Shown: positions 7,801-17,318, counted from the first letter of the stretch. The stretch: DNA of 32,000 bases from Erysipelotrichaceae bacterium OH741_COT-311 (GCA_003858585.1 RQZE01000011.1:31181-63180), one strand, 5' to 3'. The notes: generated from the sequence alone by a model not told the origin. Translations and numbers: made by a program.

Positions 7801-9126
7801 TTGATATTTACCAGGCAATACTCCCGGAAAACTAACAGTACCATCATTTTTCGACTCTGCAATGTAACGTTCTTCTCCATGTTGCTCCAAGACAAACTTA
7901 CTGCCCACTACCGGAGCATTGGTATCTTTATGTAAACTTTTAAAATCAATAGAACCAAGCTGTGTTGTGGCAAGTTTTTGATTAAAGAAATATTCGATAT
8001 CCAACATTGTAGATGGTTCAATTTCAACCGTTACTTGTTCGTTACTTTTTTGATATCCAATTGGTGCTTCTATTTCAACAATTTGATAAACACCCACCGG
8101 AACATTTCTAAAAATGGCGACCCCATCGGCAGAAGTAATTTGTTGTTGAATTATAGTTCCGTTGAAAGACAATCCCAATTTTGCACCCTTTAAATAGATG
8201 TCATGATTATCTTTATCTACTTTATAAATTTTAATGTATCCACTCGTGGATGTATTTTTAATTTCTCCTAAATCACGATCACGGTCAAAATAGGTAGATA
8301 AGATAACTCCATCCGGAAAATCATTTAAATATCCATCCGGTGGTGAAATTTCTACTACTTCATAATAGTTCGGAGTTACATCACGAAAAACCAATTGACC
8401 ATCTTGTGCTGAAATTGCTGTGTATAAGAATGGTTGATCGCTAGCTGTACGTAACCCAAATTTTGCACCAGCTAATTTCTTTTCCGGTTCATTACTGTCA
8501 ACCTTAGTGAATTGAATGGTAATCTTATTAAAACGATTGGTAACATTCACAGTATAAGGACTATTTGATTCATTTAACTCTACTTCAATCACCGGATTTT
8601 CATTTAATATATACTTATCCGGTGTGAAACGTTGTATAACACGATATCTTCCAACTTCCAAAGAAGTAAAACTTAATAGACCATATTCATTGGTATCCAA
8701 TCCTTCGATAAAATCGTAACGCCCTTCTTCATTTCTTTTATGCAATTCAAAGACAGCTTGCTCAATCGGATGTCCTTCTTCATCCTTTAATTCCACCTGA
8801 ATAATCCCATAAGCGAAAAACTTCTCATTGCTTACAGTAAGGATTGCTTCCTTTCCCACTAACTCTTCTTCATTTGTAGCACTATGATCTACAGCACTGT
8901 CTTCATTGACGCTTTCTTCTACCAACGTTTCTGCTGTAGTGACTTCTACAAACTTTCTTTCGGTTTCCTTTAAAGCAGTTTCTTTCGATTCCACTATTTC
9001 ACCAGCAACCTCTTCCACTGTTTCTTCACTTGAAGTTTCTTCATTTAAAGCCGACACATACCTGTTATAAAGTGCACCAACAAATAGCAGTTGCAAGCAC
9101 AAAAAGATTGATAGTATTTTTTTCAT
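4861..9126 (-). CDS. Large cell-surface rod protein: signal peptide, acidic N-terminus, about 12 SpaA-like/Cna-B-type prealbumin-fold domains, Cna-B domain, (PNPQ)n stalk, C-terminal hydrophobic anchor with charged tail
   Basis: 1421 aa. About 12 recurrences of K.D......L.GA.F.L......(T/S)...G...F..(L/V)..G.Y...E..AP.GY.L, each ending in ..V.N. C-terminal VDVVWQNAP...VWFKLY...W.LLPQYDE...I.Y..KQ resembles Cna-B. The end is TM helix + KKHEALK. Confidence 0.85.
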   Translation of the reverse strand: MKKILSIFLCLQLLFVGALYNRYVSALNEETSSEETVEEVAGEIVESKETALKETERKFVEVTTAETLVEESVNEDSAVDHSATNEEELVGKEAILTVSNEKFFAYGIIQVELKDEEGHPIEQAVFELHKRNEEGRYDFIEGLDTNEYGLLSFTSLEVGRYRVIQRFTPDKYILNENPVIEVELNESNSPYTVNVTNRFNKITIQFTKVDSNEPEKKLAGAKFGLRTASDQPFLYTAISAQDGQLVFRDVTPNYYEVVEISPPDGYLNDFPDGVILSTYFDRDRDLGEIKNTSTSGYIKIYKVDKDNHDIYLKGAKLGLSFNGTIIQQQITSADGVAIFRNVPVGVYQIVEIEAPIGYQKSNEQVTVEIEPSTMLDIEYFFNQKLATTQLGSIDFKSLHKDTNAPVVGSKFVLEQHGEERYIAESKNDGTVSFPGVLPGKYQLKMKSAPDSYLLNPEVREVHVLANQADHLEPYKIEPEAPVLKGSYSFKVVDADEQTLGLRNATFVLKRDNEIIAQATSNLIGLVRFKDVPYGTYTLSQTATQQGYVITDEVRSVVIASSGSYGNNVTNRKVTNDKGSILVTVYDKETHQPLQNVRVKLSQNSVLEIKETATNGKVIFSDLTFGQYTISLEGDYDGYLPWTKTLNVNVTNAIENNVSIDLEKVKGSITFEKVDKEDVMMKLANASFVLKQNNQIKYRATSTASGEVLFNQVELGTYTLQEEVAPSGYQLSNETREVILTSTQPNVSIDPFVNEKEVVVPLKGTLRVLKIDAENPTKLLQGVEFELKKDGYVVKQGVTNSFGLVMFEQLDYGNYELVEVKTLDEYVLDSMLHPVEINEENQEMIIQNKKKTGHVHFYKVDRDNHNIKLQHATFILEQNDVPVYTAVSDEQGYVSFENVKLGQYKLKETVAPNGYVLDNIPKEIEVRIDQLEIDLNYIENVKKPTVQFAEVSFKKVDFDDSTIPLADAEFGLFQNDELKYTAKSNALGEVVFPQVVYGTYILKETKAPLHYQLSTQTVSIEANKPKVIVNDFKNQKQVIQKGSIRFVKVDEQEPTKTLKGATFALEDEQGVVKTVTTLEDGVVVFDNLELKNYTVKETKAPDGYEITTQAIPVALTVANPDKDLQTITNRKLGVVHDGHIAIVLVDQEDPSKGIADATFSIISNGIEKQGKTDAFGRVEFTSLIYGDWEVRQVDTPLRYQVNSAMQVIHVGDGVVKEVNVTNALKRKSIRVDVVWQNAPANHPDVWFKLYSATNNQPESEAPQPILKLMPGSSFVEWQLLPQYDERNQEIQYSIKQVDPSGQVLVLQEYQTNIQGFTVINIYRNAPQPQPNPQPNPQPNPQPNPQPNPQPNPQPNPQPNPQPNPLPQPTPKVEDPIVEEKTEEKTKVKIAKTRDDASALYYMIGFLVSVMALHVIKKHEALK
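5039..5146. repeat. 12-bp tandem repeat, 9 near-perfect units (GGATTTGGTTGY on plus strand) encoding (PNPQ)n, with degenerate units on both flanks (about 5021-5158)
   Basis: Read directly: units start at 5039, 5051, 5063 ... 5135. The only variation is T/C at the last base, plus one C in the first unit. In frame within the surface-protein gene. Confidence 0.95.
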
Positions 9127-9174
9127 AACTTTTTCCTTACCTTATCATTATCTATTTCATATACTATTTATTAA

Positions 9175-9203
9175 ATTATAACGCAGAATTATGTGAAAAC
9201 CAA
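9175..9203 (-). promoter_or_regulatory. Candidate sigma-A promoter of the surface-protein gene
   Basis: Minus strand: TTGGTT (9203-9198), 17 nt, TATAAT (9180-9175), about 45 nt upstream of the ATG at 9126. Sequence match only. Confidence 0.4.
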
Positions 9204-9244
9204 GTTATTTTCCTTTTCAATCAAAGCTAGTGAAAGTCATAAAT

Positions 9245-9273
9245 TAGACAATTAAAAAAAATTGTAGTACTAT
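9245..9273 (+). promoter_or_regulatory. Candidate sigma-A promoter of the CAP-domain gene
   Basis: TAGACA (9245-9250), 17 nt, TACTAT (9268-9273). GGAGG RBS at 9296-9300. Sequence match only. Confidence 0.4.
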
Positions 9274-9307
9274 TAATCATGTGTGATTAAAAGAAGGAGG
9301 ATCAGAA

Positions 9308-10360
9308 ATGAAATTAAAATGTTTAAATTCAGTTCTAATTTTATCTTTACTTTTAGCAATTTCTCCCATGAAAGTACATGCAGAAGATGCTAAAAGTGAT
9401 GCAAATCTAAATCCAACTTCGATTCTTGTGATTCAAAAAGTAGAAGTTCCTATTAATGAGCCTGCTGCCGATGAAATTATTAAAAAAGCAATTATTGAAG
9501 AAACAGTAAAAAGTAAACTATACGACATCGAAGCCATTGATATTGAAAAATCATCCATTGTCTTAAGTGCTATTGATCTATCTAAAGTAAAAGAACATAA
9601 AGTAAATGCTTTAATTAACTTAGAACTAAAACCATCTGCCAGCTTACAATTTGTTGACAAAACATTTCAAAGTGAAGTCTTAATCAATGTTGTTGACAAT
9701 GAAGCTCCGGTCATTGACATGAAATACAATTACTATAATTTAGAATATAACGAAGAATATAAACCGTTAGACTATATCGAATCCATCTTCGACAATTCCT
9801 TTGAACAAGAATTTGATATTTCTGTCGAAGGTGCAGAAAACATCTCTTCAGAAAATCCTGGTGTTCACTACGTTACGTATCACGTAAAAGATTCAAGTGG
9901 TAATGAAGCAACACTTGATTTTAAAATGATTGTTGATGGTAAACCAAAACCAAAAACAAAAAAGAGTAAAAATGTTGCGATTAACTATAGTGGTGACTAT
10001 AGTGTACAAGAAATGTTAGATGCGATTAATGCGGTTAGAAGTGAATATGGATTATACGCATTAACACTTGGCTCTGATTCTGCTCAAGCTGCCTCAGCCG
10101 TACGTGCCAGTGAAGCTGCCGGTTATGTTTCACATACCAGACCAGATGGCACTTCTTATAAGACAGCGTTTAGTGATTATGGGGTAAGTTACTCTTATGC
10201 CGTAGAGATTTTAACGTATGCAGGATCAACGGTCCAAGATAAACTAAATTGGTGGATGAATTCTCCAACCCATCGCAAACATGTCTTAACATCAACTGCT
10301 CGTAAAATCTCAATTGGTTACAGTGGTAAGATGTGGCAAGCAATTGTTTATAACGATTAG
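9308..10360 (+). CDS. Secreted protein with a bacterial Ig-like (DUF5011-type) domain and a C-terminal CAP/SCP (YkwD-like) domain
   Basis: Signal peptide MKLKCLNSVLILSLLLAISPMKVHA. NEAPVI......G.HYVTYHVKDSSGNEATL resembles Ig-like DUF5011 domains. Lys/Pro linker KPKPKTKKSK. The C-terminus (INAVRSEYGL..L, SHTRPDG, NWWMNSPTHRKHVL) resembles CAP/SCP. Confidence 0.75.
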   Translation: MKLKCLNSVLILSLLLAISPMKVHAEDAKSDANLNPTSILVIQKVEVPINEPAADEIIKKAIIEETVKSKLYDIEAIDIEKSSIVLSAIDLSKVKEHKVNALINLELKPSASLQFVDKTFQSEVLINVVDNEAPVIDMKYNYYNLEYNEEYKPLDYIESIFDNSFEQEFDISVEGAENISSENPGVHYVTYHVKDSSGNEATLDFKMIVDGKPKPKTKKSKNVAINYSGDYSVQEMLDAINAVRSEYGLYALTLGSDSAQAASAVRASEAAGYVSHTRPDGTSYKTAFSDYGVSYSYAVEILTYAGSTVQDKLNWWMNSPTHRKHVLTSTARKISIGYSGKMWQAIVYND

Positions 10361-10384
10361 GTGCATTTGCACCTTTTTTCTTTT
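10359..10384 (+). terminator. Rho-independent terminator
   Basis: AGGTGC / loop ATTT / GCACCT followed by TTTTTTCTTTT, overlapping the TAG stop. Confidence 0.7.
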
Positions 10385-10417
10385 CCATAATTTAACATCA
10401 CAAACACATAATATTAG

Positions 10418-10446
10418 TTGATTAAATCCTTATTTTTACATACAAT
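10418..10446 (+). promoter_or_regulatory. Candidate sigma-A promoter of the PepSY lipoprotein gene
   Basis: TTGATT (10418-10423), 17 nt, TACAAT (10441-10446). Confidence 0.5.
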
Positions 10447-10476
10447 TCAAGTAAGAAAGCAAATGAGGTGAACCCT

Positions 10477-11223
10477 ATGAAACGTATTTTTTTAACTATC
10501 GTAAGCTTAACGCTTTTACTTTCTGCTTGCAGCAAAGATCAAAAACTAACATCGGAGCAATTAAAAGCCATTGTATTAAAAGATGCGAATATCAATGAAA
10601 AAGATATTATTTCATCTAAAATTGAAAAAGATGCAAATAACCAAGTAGTCGTAGAAATATCTACTCCACAAGTAGACTATAAATATAAAGTAGATGGTAA
10701 TACCGGTAAGATTATTGAAAACATCTCTAATCAACCAACGTCAGTACCAACACAAGCACCTGCTCCTTCTAATGCCCAACAGCAAGGCATTACCCTTGAA
10801 CAGGCAAAAGACATTGCGTTTAAGGACGCTAATGTAAACGGAGCTGATGTAACTATTATTCAAGCCTATTTAAACAATGAGAATGAATATGACATTGAAT
10901 TTGTTATAAACAATCAAGAATATGACTACGAAATTGATGCAACAACGGGTGCAATCAAAGAAAAAGACTTAGACATTGAAAACTATGTCATTCCCTCAGC
11001 TTCACAGTCATCCAATCAAAATGCTTTCGGTATCACGCAAGAGCAAGCATTGGACGTGGTCTTAGCGGATTTGGGTCTTAAAAAAGATCAGGTACATGTT
11101 GCTGAACTTAAATTTGATCGTAGTGATAATGAATATGACATTAAACTTTACTATAACAATGTAGAGTATGAATATGAAATCAACGCTAGTAATGGTTCTA
11201 TCCACTCAAAAGACATTGACTAA
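10477..11223 (+). CDS. Lipoprotein with three tandem PepSY domains
   Basis: MKRIFLTIVSLTLLLSAC has a lipobox (LSAC). Three repeats of (E/Q)QAK.I.LKDA......(D/V).......Y(D/K)(I/Y)...........YEY(E/K)I(D/N)A..G.I. Start placed at ATG 10477 (GAGGTG RBS 6 nt upstream) rather than GTG 10468. Confidence 0.8.
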   Translation: MKRIFLTIVSLTLLLSACSKDQKLTSEQLKAIVLKDANINEKDIISSKIEKDANNQVVVEISTPQVDYKYKVDGNTGKIIENISNQPTSVPTQAPAPSNAQQQGITLEQAKDIAFKDANVNGADVTIIQAYLNNENEYDIEFVINNQEYDYEIDATTGAIKEKDLDIENYVIPSASQSSNQNAFGITQEQALDVVLADLGLKKDQVHVAELKFDRSDNEYDIKLYYNNVEYEYEINASNGSIHSKDID

Positions 11224-11244
11224 AAAAGCCCTTATTGGGCTTTT
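11224..11244. terminator. Bidirectional terminator hairpin between convergent genes
   Basis: AAAAGCCC / loop TTATT / GGGCTTTT, A/T-flanked on both sides. It overlaps the last codons of yaaA. Confidence 0.6.
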
Positions 11245-11942
11245 CTTATGAAGTAATAATTTTTATCATCCGATAACGCTTCACTATACTGATACTGTAA
11301 GTCTTGAAACTTCTTTAACTCTTCTACATTTGTAATTTGATGCTTTGCCATATAACGAACCATACTTCCTCGAGCCATCTTTGCCAAGGTGGCTTTTGTT
11401 ATATAGTTTCCATTTACTTCACTTACAAAATGAATATGAATCATCCTACATCCTTCAAAAAGCAAACTATATTCTTTACTAGCCAGATTAATAATGACTT
11501 CATCCTTAAAGTCAAGTGCAAGGTCTTTCCAATACTCATACAATGGATACTCTATACAATTCTCTAAATCCAAGCGATAAAAACCGATGCCATCGCTAGG
11601 TCTTACATATCCATACATTCCACTTAGTATTAACAAGTATTTATGAATATATGCCATTTCCTGCTCATCAAATAAATCCGGCTTCATATATTGAAACACT
11701 AAACCATCAAAAGAAGTCAATGCCATACTTACTTGATGATGAAAGTCTATGCGATACATTTGATATGTTTTCTTAGCAATGGATGCATTGCACTTTAATT
11801 GTTCTTGCAACTCTTCTACACTTAACCCTTGCATATACTCATATAACTTCTTCGCTTTATCAAGATATTTAGGCGTTGTTAAAGGACCAAAATCATCATG
11901 GTTATATTTCATCTTTTTTGTTGGTGAAAGAATGATTTTCAT
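11232..11942 (-). CDS. yaaA: Peroxide stress protein YaaA (UPF0246/DUF328)
   Basis: 236 aa. MKIILSPTKKM N-terminus and overall length are typical of YaaA. AAGGAG RBS upstream. Confidence 0.8.
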   Translation of the reverse strand: MKIILSPTKKMKYNHDDFGPLTTPKYLDKAKKLYEYMQGLSVEELQEQLKCNASIAKKTYQMYRIDFHHQVSMALTSFDGLVFQYMKPDLFDEQEMAYIHKYLLILSGMYGYVRPSDGIGFYRLDLENCIEYPLYEYWKDLALDFKDEVIINLASKEYSLLFEGCRMIHIHFVSEVNGNYITKATLAKMARGSMVRYMAKHQITNVEELKKFQDLQYQYSEALSDDKNYYFIRKAQ

Positions 11943-12840
11943 TGCTTAACTCCTTATATAATTTTGCATATTCTTCTTTGGATAAGGTCGAAGCCGAAAT
12001 GGAAACCACCTTACCTGCAATGCGGTTGGCTAACGATAAAGCCTTTGTATCCTCATATCCTAATAACTTGCCTACTAAATAGCCACCAACATGACTATCC
12101 CCTGCCCCAATGGTATCTACTACCTCTACCTTTGATGTTTCAATGTGTTGGATATGATTACCATCATATAGATAAACACCTTGTTTGCCTACCGTAACAA
12201 TCACTTTATTTTGTGTAAGTGCGTATAACTTACGCATTGCTTGTAAAAGATCTTCTTCCTGCATCATTTGCTCAATCTCTAAATCATTTAAATGCATAAT
12301 GGGTTGATAACCATATAAAATATCCAAACGTTCTTGTTGTATATGCATCCCTCGTGGTCCCGGCGCAAAGATAATTTGTCCTTGAAATGAAGCAAGGGCA
12401 TTTACAAGCTTCATGCCATCAACATCTTCCACCTCTAAACCACAAACATACGCATAAGCATAGTCATTTAAATCTAACTTCCTTAACCAAGCGGGATCAA
12501 AGGTATATTCCGCTCCATGATATGACATAAAACTACGCTCTCCACTATCTTCCACCATGCAGTAACAACATCCATTTTCCTGTTGCACCGCTATTTCACT
12601 ATGCATGCCTTGCTTTTGCAAATGTTGTTTTACAAAGTCTCCATACATACCACTACCTACCGGAGAAATTAAAGTATAAGGCACTTTTAAATGATGTAGC
12701 ACATGTGCCACATTAAATGCACAACCCCCAAGTGAAACCACTTGTTTTTTTGGATGGATGTCTTGTTGCGTGGTAGGAAGCTTATCCACATACAAAATGA
12801 CATCACATACGGTAGATCCAATAATTAAACATTTCTTCAT
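11902..12840 (-). CDS. PfkB-family carbohydrate kinase (substrate unknown)
   Basis: GGCAFNVA (N-terminal GG motif) and DTIGAGDSHVGGYL (PfkB signature 2). Start placed at ATG 12840 (MKKCLIIG, AAGGAAAA RBS) rather than 12897. The 3' end overlaps the yaaA start by 41 nt. Confidence 0.8.
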   Translation of the reverse strand: MKKCLIIGSTVCDVILYVDKLPTTQQDIHPKKQVVSLGGCAFNVAHVLHHLKVPYTLISPVGSGMYGDFVKQHLQKQGMHSEIAVQQENGCCYCMVEDSGERSFMSYHGAEYTFDPAWLRKLDLNDYAYAYVCGLEVEDVDGMKLVNALASFQGQIIFAPGPRGMHIQQERLDILYGYQPIMHLNDLEIEQMMQEEDLLQAMRKLYALTQNKVIVTVGKQGVYLYDGNHIQHIETSKVEVVDTIGAGDSHVGGYLVGKLLGYEDTKALSLANRIAGKVVSISASTLSKEEYAKLYKELSNENHSFTNKKDEI

Positions 12841-12841
12841 A

Positions 12842-13693
12842 TTAGTTTTCCTTATCAAAATAGATATTCGCATCGACAGGTCCTTCAATCCCGTCAATGG
12901 TTAAAGAATCCGTATATTGCCACATTTTTAATTGATATTCAAAATTTAACTTATCACTATAATGCGCAATCCAAAATGGATAATTTGCTAAACGATCTAA
13001 CTGAAAATAACCATTTAACCAATGATAATTTCCATAAATCATACACTTATGATCTTCTGCCATCACTCTTTGACAAAAACCAATCGCAAAATCGGTACGT
13101 TGTTGATTACTTAAAGAATCAATACGAGCTGTTTTTCCATGTATATTTTCCATATCAAAGACAATTTCAAAATCAAGATTATAATGCTTAATGTGTTTTA
13201 AAACAAACTCCGCTTCTTCAATCGCTTCTTCTAAAGTAATAGCCTGTGAAAAGAAATACACCCCTACTTGAATGCCCTGCTTCATGGCTTCCTTTAGATT
13301 ATACTTAAACGTAGGATCTAACGAAATAGCTCCACTTTCATACCCACGATGACCCAAACGAATCATCGCAAATTCAACACCGCTATCTTTGACTTTCTTC
13401 CAATCAATGTGTTTTTGATGCTTACTAACATCAATTCCAAATTTACTATAACTTTCATCTTCATACACATAATAACGCTTCCCATCTATTTCAATCAAGC
13501 GTTCCCAATTATATTGATGTTTTGCAATATCCAAAGCTACTACTTCCTCCGGTTTTACCTTTGATCGAAACATCTTTTTGACGTAATCTTCATACCCTTT
13601 TATCATAACAAAAACTCCTACAATCAATATTGTAAGAAGCACTGCTAAACGAACATACTTAATCGATCTTTTCTTTCTTCTACGTCTTTTCAT
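12842..13693 (-). CDS. Membrane-anchored glycoside hydrolase family 25 muramidase (lysozyme)
   Basis: Basic N-terminus + TM helix (KRRRRKKRS..LAVLLTILIVGVFVMI). GIDVSKHQ..IDW..V...GVEFAMIR, VGVYFFS, FDMEN and WQYT are GH25 blocks. Confidence 0.85.
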   Translation of the reverse strand: MKRRRRKKRSIKYVRLAVLLTILIVGVFVMIKGYEDYVKKMFRSKVKPEEVVALDIAKHQYNWERLIEIDGKRYYVYEDESYSKFGIDVSKHQKHIDWKKVKDSGVEFAMIRLGHRGYESGAISLDPTFKYNLKEAMKQGIQVGVYFFSQAITLEEAIEEAEFVLKHIKHYNLDFEIVFDMENIHGKTARIDSLSNQQRTDFAIGFCQRVMAEDHKCMIYGNYHWLNGYFQLDRLANYPFWIAHYSDKLNFEYQLKMWQYTDSLTIDGIEGPVDANIYFDKEN

Positions 13694-13694
13694 C

Positions 13695-14549
13695 TTATGT
13701 ATTTTTTAACTCTTGGAAACCATGACCATAGACCTCATTTGACTCACAAATAATCATAATGGAACTATCATCAATACTTTCAACTACTGACTTTATAACA
13801 TAAACTTGATTCCTTGAGCAAGCACAAAAGATAACATTCCCTTCTTTTTTAGAGTAACTACCTGTGGCATGTAAAAAAGTAGATCCACGTTGTACCACCT
13901 GATTAATCGCCTCTGCAATCTCTTCTGACTTACTTGAAACAATGAAGACAATCTTGCCACTATTGGCACCATACATAATCTTATCCACCACAATAGAACC
14001 TACTGCCACAGCAATTAAGCCATATAGTACCGCCTCAATATTTTTAAAGACAAACATTCCTAATAAAATAACCACGGCATCACTTACCTGCGTAATAAAC
14101 CCAATGGAATGATGAGGAAATAACTTCTTTACCGACATAATAAAGAAATCAGAACCACCTGTCGAAGATCCTTGCATATAAATTAACGCATAACCAATAC
14201 CACCAATAAAACCCGTGAAAATGGACGCCAATAATTGATTTCCATGATAAATAGGAACTAACGGTACAACATAGTCCATCATAAACGCAAAAATAGCCAT
14301 TGTTTTTAAAGATTTAAATAAAAAATTTTTACCTAAGTATTTATAACTGAAAAAAATAATTGGAATATTTAAAATCAAGGTAACCAACCCGATACGAAAG
14401 CCAAATAAATGATGACTAATCAGTGCCAAACCATTCACCCCACCCGGAGCAAAATCAGCTGAACTTGCAAAGACATGAACACTAATACCAATTAAAAATC
14501 CACCGATTACATCAAACCATAATTCTTTTCCAAACTTACTTAATTCCAT
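13695..14549 (-). CDS. YitT-family membrane protein (DUF2179 C-terminal domain)
   Basis: 284 aa. Multi-pass N-terminal region with GG..G(I/L) repeats, and a C-terminal soluble domain ...GSTFLHATGSYS......IFCA..R.Q...K typical of YitT/DUF2179. Confidence 0.8.
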   Translation of the reverse strand: MELSKFGKELWFDVIGGFLIGISVHVFASSADFAPGGVNGLALISHHLFGFRIGLVTLILNIPIIFFSYKYLGKNFLFKSLKTMAIFAFMMDYVVPLVPIYHGNQLLASIFTGFIGGIGYALIYMQGSSTGGSDFFIMSVKKLFPHHSIGFITQVSDAVVILLGMFVFKNIEAVLYGLIAVAVGSIVVDKIMYGANSGKIVFIVSSKSEEIAEAINQVVQRGSTFLHATGSYSKKEGNVIFCACSRNQVYVIKSVVESIDDSSIMIICESNEVYGHGFQELKNT

Positions 14550-14576
14550 TGTTGCCTCCTAGAGAATATACAATTG

Positions 14577-14605
14577 ATTATATAGTATTTACCATTAGGT
14601 TTCCA
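14577..14605 (-). promoter_or_regulatory. Candidate promoter of the yitT-GH25-pfkB-yaaA operon
   Basis: Minus strand: TGGAAA (14605-14600), 17 nt, TATAAT (14582-14577). GGAGG RBS before ATG 14549. Confidence 0.4.
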
Positions 14606-14625
14606 CAATTTTCATGCGAAATCAT

Positions 14626-14651
14626 ATAAAAAGAAAAACCCAAAACGGGCT

Positions 14652-14653
<2 letters not shown>
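14626..14653 (-). terminator. Probable terminator downstream of lysS
   Basis: Minus strand AAAGCCC / GUUUU / GGGUUUU followed by UCUUUUU. It overlaps the TAA stop. The stem is weak (7 bp including one G-U). Confidence 0.45.
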
Positions 14654-16360
<1,707 letters not shown>

Positions 16361-16368
16361 ACGCTATT

Positions 16369-16812
16369 CTATTTGCTACAAACGTAGCCATGTGATTCAT
16401 GAGCCTGAATCGTCTTTTTTAGATTAACGGTGTTATCTTCATCAATATACACGATATCCGTCTGTTTGAACGTTTCAACTGTATCTTTGTTGATTGGCAT
16501 GGAAACTACAATCGTAAAATATTCTTCACTCTCTGTATGTGTGATATAAGATTCTCCATATATAGATCCAAACGCTGAAATAAGCGATTCAAAGAACAAC
16601 GACTTTTCTTCTACATCCGTATTTTCTATTCCATAAGCTTCAAACGACAATGAAAGAGAATATTCCACTTCGCTTATACGATTATCATTGTAACCATAAA
16701 CCACCTTATGTACATTTTCCGGTAGCTCTAAGGTACAAGTAATCTTTTTAGACTTAGTGTTACAACCACTCAAGCCCAATGCAAACAACACAATCACAAT
16801 TAACGTTTTCAT
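16369..16812 (-). CDS. Small lipoprotein, paralogue 1 of 4 (YehR/DUF1307-like by eye)
   Basis: Signal peptide + lipobox LSGC. Mature part starts ...ITCTLE and ends GYVCSK. Own RBS AAGGAAAA. Most divergent copy together with paralogue 4. Confidence 0.75.
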   Translation of the reverse strand: MKTLIVIVLFALGLSGCNTKSKKITCTLELPENVHKVVYGYNDNRISEVEYSLSLSFEAYGIENTDVEEKSLFFESLISAFGSIYGESYITHTESEEYFTIVVSMPINKDTVETFKQTDIVYIDEDNTVNLKKTIQAHESHGYVCSK

Positions 16813-16852
16813 TTGTTTTCCTTATTCTATTAAATCCATTTATCAAGATGAC

Positions 16853-17284
16853 TTATTTGTGACAAACATAACCGGCATTTTCAAGATGTTGGATGGATTG
16901 TTCTAAACTGATATAAGCCGCATTCCCTGCATCAACAACACCTGTTTTTTGTAACTCTTCAATCGTTTTTTTATTATAAACAACAGAAAGTACAACCGTA
17001 AATGTATCTTTCCCTTCCTTATACGATGTATTGGAAGTTCCATATAAAGAATCATACGTTTCTTTTACTTGTTTTTGAAAATCTTTTTTACCATCTTCTG
17101 CAATACCAAGGTCTGCATAAGTAAACACTAATGTTTCCTTCGTACTTTTAATCACATCACCTGAATGTTTATGTACTAACTTAGACGTTATACCTGACTG
17201 TTCATAGGTACATACCTGTTGTTTCCCACCATCACAAGCACTTAAGCCTAAAGCTAATAACACTATCAATACTAATTTCTTCAT
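16853..17284 (-). CDS. Small lipoprotein, paralogue 2 of 4 (YehR/DUF1307-like by eye)
   Basis: MKKLVLIVLLALGLSAC lipobox; ...VCTYE ... GYVCHK. About half of its positions are identical to paralogue 3 by eye. RBS AAGAGGG. Confidence 0.8.
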   Translation of the reverse strand: MKKLVLIVLLALGLSACDGGKQQVCTYEQSGITSKLVHKHSGDVIKSTKETLVFTYADLGIAEDGKKDFQKQVKETYDSLYGTSNTSYKEGKDTFTVVLSVVYNKKTIEELQKTGVVDAGNAAYISLEQSIQHLENAGYVCHK

Positions 17285-17318
17285 TTTTACCCTCTTTTAC
17301 CAGCAATAGTTACTATTG

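Noticed and set aside
4801-11250. The adhesin/CAP/PepSY block considered as a mobile genomic island.
   Set aside because: I found no integrase, transposase, tRNA attachment site, or flanking direct or inverted repeats. Base composition looks like the rest of the window. It is kept only as an accessory-looking surface gene cluster.
12841-12897. N-terminal extensions in the ORF track: pfkB to 12897, lipoprotein 4 to 18259, ATPase from 25015, tdk to 31073, dtd to 2169, PepSY from 10468, hpt to 22617.
   Set aside because: In each case an internal ATG has a properly spaced Shine-Dalgarno sequence and gives the family-typical N-terminus (signal peptide, P-loop, etc.). Several of the extensions would overlap the upstream gene or lack an RBS.
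17304-17318. Short AT-rich hairpin CAATAG/TTA/CTATTG between lipoprotein paralogues 3 and 2, considered as an internal terminator.
   Set aside because: The stem is 6 bp and AT-rich, with a 3-nt loop and no U-tract. It is unlikely to terminate transcription.
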